Assembly: GCA_043228905.1 (NCBI GenBank)
Contig: JBHGNT010000022.1
Span: forward strand, 5,332,001-5,396,000
Length of the DNA: 64,000 nucleotides
Source: Azolla caroliniana
Taxonomy: Eukaryota > Plantae > Polypodiophyta
Direction of reading: 5' to 3'
Shown: one piece after another, positions 61,129-64,000 of the stretch
How the letters are laid out: each line of letters begins with the position of its first letter
How positions within the stretch are numbered: the first letter of the stretch is position 1
Notes under the pieces: model-generated
What the model saw: the letters and a program-made list of their open reading frames with translations, nothing else
What the model was told of the DNA's origin: nothing
Database searches by the model: none
Program-made: the position numbers and the translations under genes

Positions 61129-64000
61129 TGAGCTTAGAATCATACACAGAAAACGGGTAATGAACGCACGACACAATGAAGAGAAGAGCACACAGGATGT
61201 TTACGTGGAAAACCCAAACACGGGAAAAACCACGGCAGTCCACTGACTGCTAACTATCACTATGTAACAATATACAACAATGAGTTCACGGAGGCAATGA
61301 CCTTGTGCTCACGATCTTCGCCACAGGCGGCAGTTACAACAAAGATACGAACTCTTCGTCTCTTTCTCTCTCTCTCACTGTACACTTTTGCGCTCTAATC
61401 TTACGCCAACAAGAATGACAACAACCATTTCATAAGTTTGCCCTAAGTCATATTTATACTAACATGACTTTTCAGCTATCTACAAATATAGCCCCGATGG
61501 TCTCTCAGAAAAACATATTTACGAATATGTCCCTTCATCCGGTGACCACTCCGCACCGGGCCTGCATCATCCGGCTCTTGCCGGGTACTAGTCATCCAGT
61601 TCTTCCCGGGTCTTCCGTAGCCGGGTAGTCGTCATCTGGTTTTCACCGAGTCTTCCATTTCCGGGTACTCGTCATCCGGTTTTCATCGGGTCTTCCGTTT
61701 CCGGGTACTCCACATCCGGTTCTCACCGGGTCTTCCGTTTCCGAGTACTCCACATCCGGTTCTCACCGGGTCTTCTGTAGTCGGGTAGGCCACATCTGGT
61801 TTCGGCCTCAGCCGAGTTTGCTCATCAGTACTGTTCTTCTCACTTCCCATCCAGAGGGACCTGTTTCCTAACAAACTCCCCCTCCACTCTGGCATGAGAT
61901 GCCTTACTAGTCCGATCCGCTTCGAGCATGCATCCAGCTTGTCGGGTATCAGTAATTTGGTCACCATATCTGACCCGTTCTCAACCGTGTGGATCTTCGT
62001 CAGTGCGAACTCCTGGTCATCTACTCTTTCCCGGATCTAGTGATACCTTCGCTAGATATGCTTCGTCCGGGAATGGTAGACCGCATTCTTAGCAAGGTGG
62101 ATGGCACTTTGACTGTCCCAATAGAGCCGGTATTCATCTTGCCGGATACCGAGCTCTCCGATGAAGTCCTTTATCCATAGTATTTCCTTGCCGGCTTCCA
62201 TAGCCGCCATGTACTCCGCCTCCTTGGTTGACAACGCAACCGTCTTCTGTAGTCTCGACTGCCACGAAACAGCTCCTCCTGCATATGTCATTACATACTC
62301 GGATGTAGACCGGCTGGTATCCACATCAGCCGACATGTTCGAATCAGTAAAACCGTCAAGTTGAGGTTTACTGGAGCCGAATCGGAGACACATATTTGAA
62401 GTGCCCTTCAAGTACCAGAGTATCCATTTGACCGCATTCCAGTGCTCCTTGCCGGGATTGCTCATAAACCGGCTCACCACTCCGACTGCGTATCCTATAT
62501 CCGGTTGGGTACACACCATTGCGTACATTAAGCTCCCGACAACAGAGGCATATGGAACCTTCATCATATCCTCCTTCTCTGCTTTCGTCTTCGGGCTTTG
62601 CTTATCGGATAACCTGCAGTTTGCAGGAAGTGTCGATCCTACCGGTTTCGCATCTGACATGTTGAACCGCTGAAGCACCTTTGTCACGTATTTCTCTTGT
62701 AACAACCACAATTGCTTCTTTGACCGGTCCCGGATGATGTGCATCCCCAACATCTGTCTTGCCGAACCCAAGTCTTTCATCGCGAAGGTTCGGTTGAGAG
62801 CCTTCTTCAACATCTGTATTTTGGCTTGGTCCCGTCCGACGATCAACATGTCGTCCACGTACAGAAGGAGTATTAGGAAGTCGCCTCCTTCTAACTTCTT
62901 CACAAACACGTAATGATCGGCCTGTGTCTTGTGGTACCCTTGATCAATCATGAACGAGTCGAAATTCCGGTACCATTGTCGGGGAGCCTGCTTTAGTCCG
63001 TACAGGCTCTTCTTCAACCGGCATACCAGGTGCTCCTTCCCCTTCTCCACAAATCCTTCCGGTTGCTGCATGTAGATCTCCTCTTCGAGGTCACCGTGAA
63101 GGAATGTCGTCTTCACGTCCAGCTACTCTACCTTGAGGTCCATGCTTGCCGCTATACTCAACACCGTTCGGATGGAGGTCATCTTTACTACCGGGGCAAA
63201 TATGTCGTCGAAGTCCACGCCCTTCTTCTGCTGGAACCCCTTCACCACGATCCTGGCGTTGTATCTCGGGGGGTTGCCGGCATCTCCCGGTTTCAACTTA
63301 TACACCCACTTGTTTCAGACTGCCCTCTTTCCTTTCGGCAACTCCACCAATTCATACGTATGGTTCTCATGTAGGGAATCCATCTCATCCTGCATGGCAC
63401 TTAACCATTTTCGGCTATGGGTGTCACTTTTAGCTTCCTCGAAGCTTTCTGGCTCTCCCTCATCGGTCAGCAGCACATGCTCTGCATCCGGAAATCTCCG
63501 GGGGGGCCTTCTCTCTCTAAGAGGATATCTCTGTCTTTGGGCTTCGGTAACCGGCTCTTGCATTTGCTCTTCATCCGAATCCAATTCGGGGTCTTGGCTG
63601 GTTCCGGTTTAAGCTTCCTCTACTTCTTCTTCTGCCGGTTCGGTATCCTCACCATAACCGGCTTGTTCCTCGAGTGCTAACTGGTCTCTTGCCGGTTGGG
63701 TCTGCTCATCGTAGAATCGATCCTTACCGGTCGACTCGGAGTTCATTATCTTCTTCTCCGACTCCCAGTCAGCAAGCGTCTTGTCCTCCATGAAGATAAT
63801 ATCTCGACTCCGGAATACCTTCTTGTCGACCGGGTCCCACACTCGGTAGCCAAACTCATCGTCGCCATAACCGAGGAATATGCATGGCCGGATCTTTGGA
63901 TCCAGTTTTCCTCTCCGGTCCTTAGCAACATGCCCATACGCAAGACACCCGAACACCTTCAGATGCCAGTAGGACACTTCCTTACCGGTCCAGACTCTCT
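61129..64000 (-). mobile_element. Copia element closely related to 23789-28943, running off the window (3' LTR ~61129-61873; RH, RT, integrase end)
   Basis: ORFs 62052-63116, 63123-63584 and 63609-63977 are nearly identical to the first copy; PPT 61874-61888; ~38-bp tandem repeats in the LTR at ~61540-61800. Confidence 0.92.

Overview
This is eukaryotic DNA, most likely from a non-seed land plant, and is made almost entirely of nested transposable elements. The lineage guess is an inference from Tcn1-like chromoviruses, plant-type tRNA primer sites and GT-AG introns. No host gene is recognisable. Three nests can be rebuilt from target-site duplications (TSDs) and interrupted reading frames. 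(1) A decayed copia (about 4600-36192, minus) hosts two insertions. The first is a young Athila/Tat-like Ty3/gypsy element (5693-22990, TSD TTGCA) with an extra ~889-aa 3' ORF, an inverted U3 copy as its right end and a nested tRNA-Trp-primed gypsy (11005-18278). The second is a Tcn1-like chromovirus (23673-35521, TSD GCCAT) containing a full-length copia (23789-28943, TSD CATAT) and a 1.3-kb unit of two inverted LTRs (29856-31168). (2) A chromovirus pol (37809-55160) is split by a 15.2-kb TIR DNA transposon (38862-54092). It has a Sola2-like transposase, a spliced accessory gene with a RING-like finger, an FCP1/NIF phosphatase-like relic, and arrays of the palindrome TAGCTAATTAGCTA in one intron of each gene and beside both TIRs. 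A non-autonomous gag-protease LTR element (42430-46249) sits in one array. (3) A copia fragment (58600-59733) is interrupted by a relative of the first gypsy (from 59734), itself interrupted by a copia (from 61129). The best candidates for undescribed biology are the Sola2-like element's palindrome arrays and accessory genes, the two inverted-end LTR integrants, and the conserved gypsy 3' ORF with a conserved hairpin in place of a polypurine tract. Family names come from motif recognition only; no database search was run.
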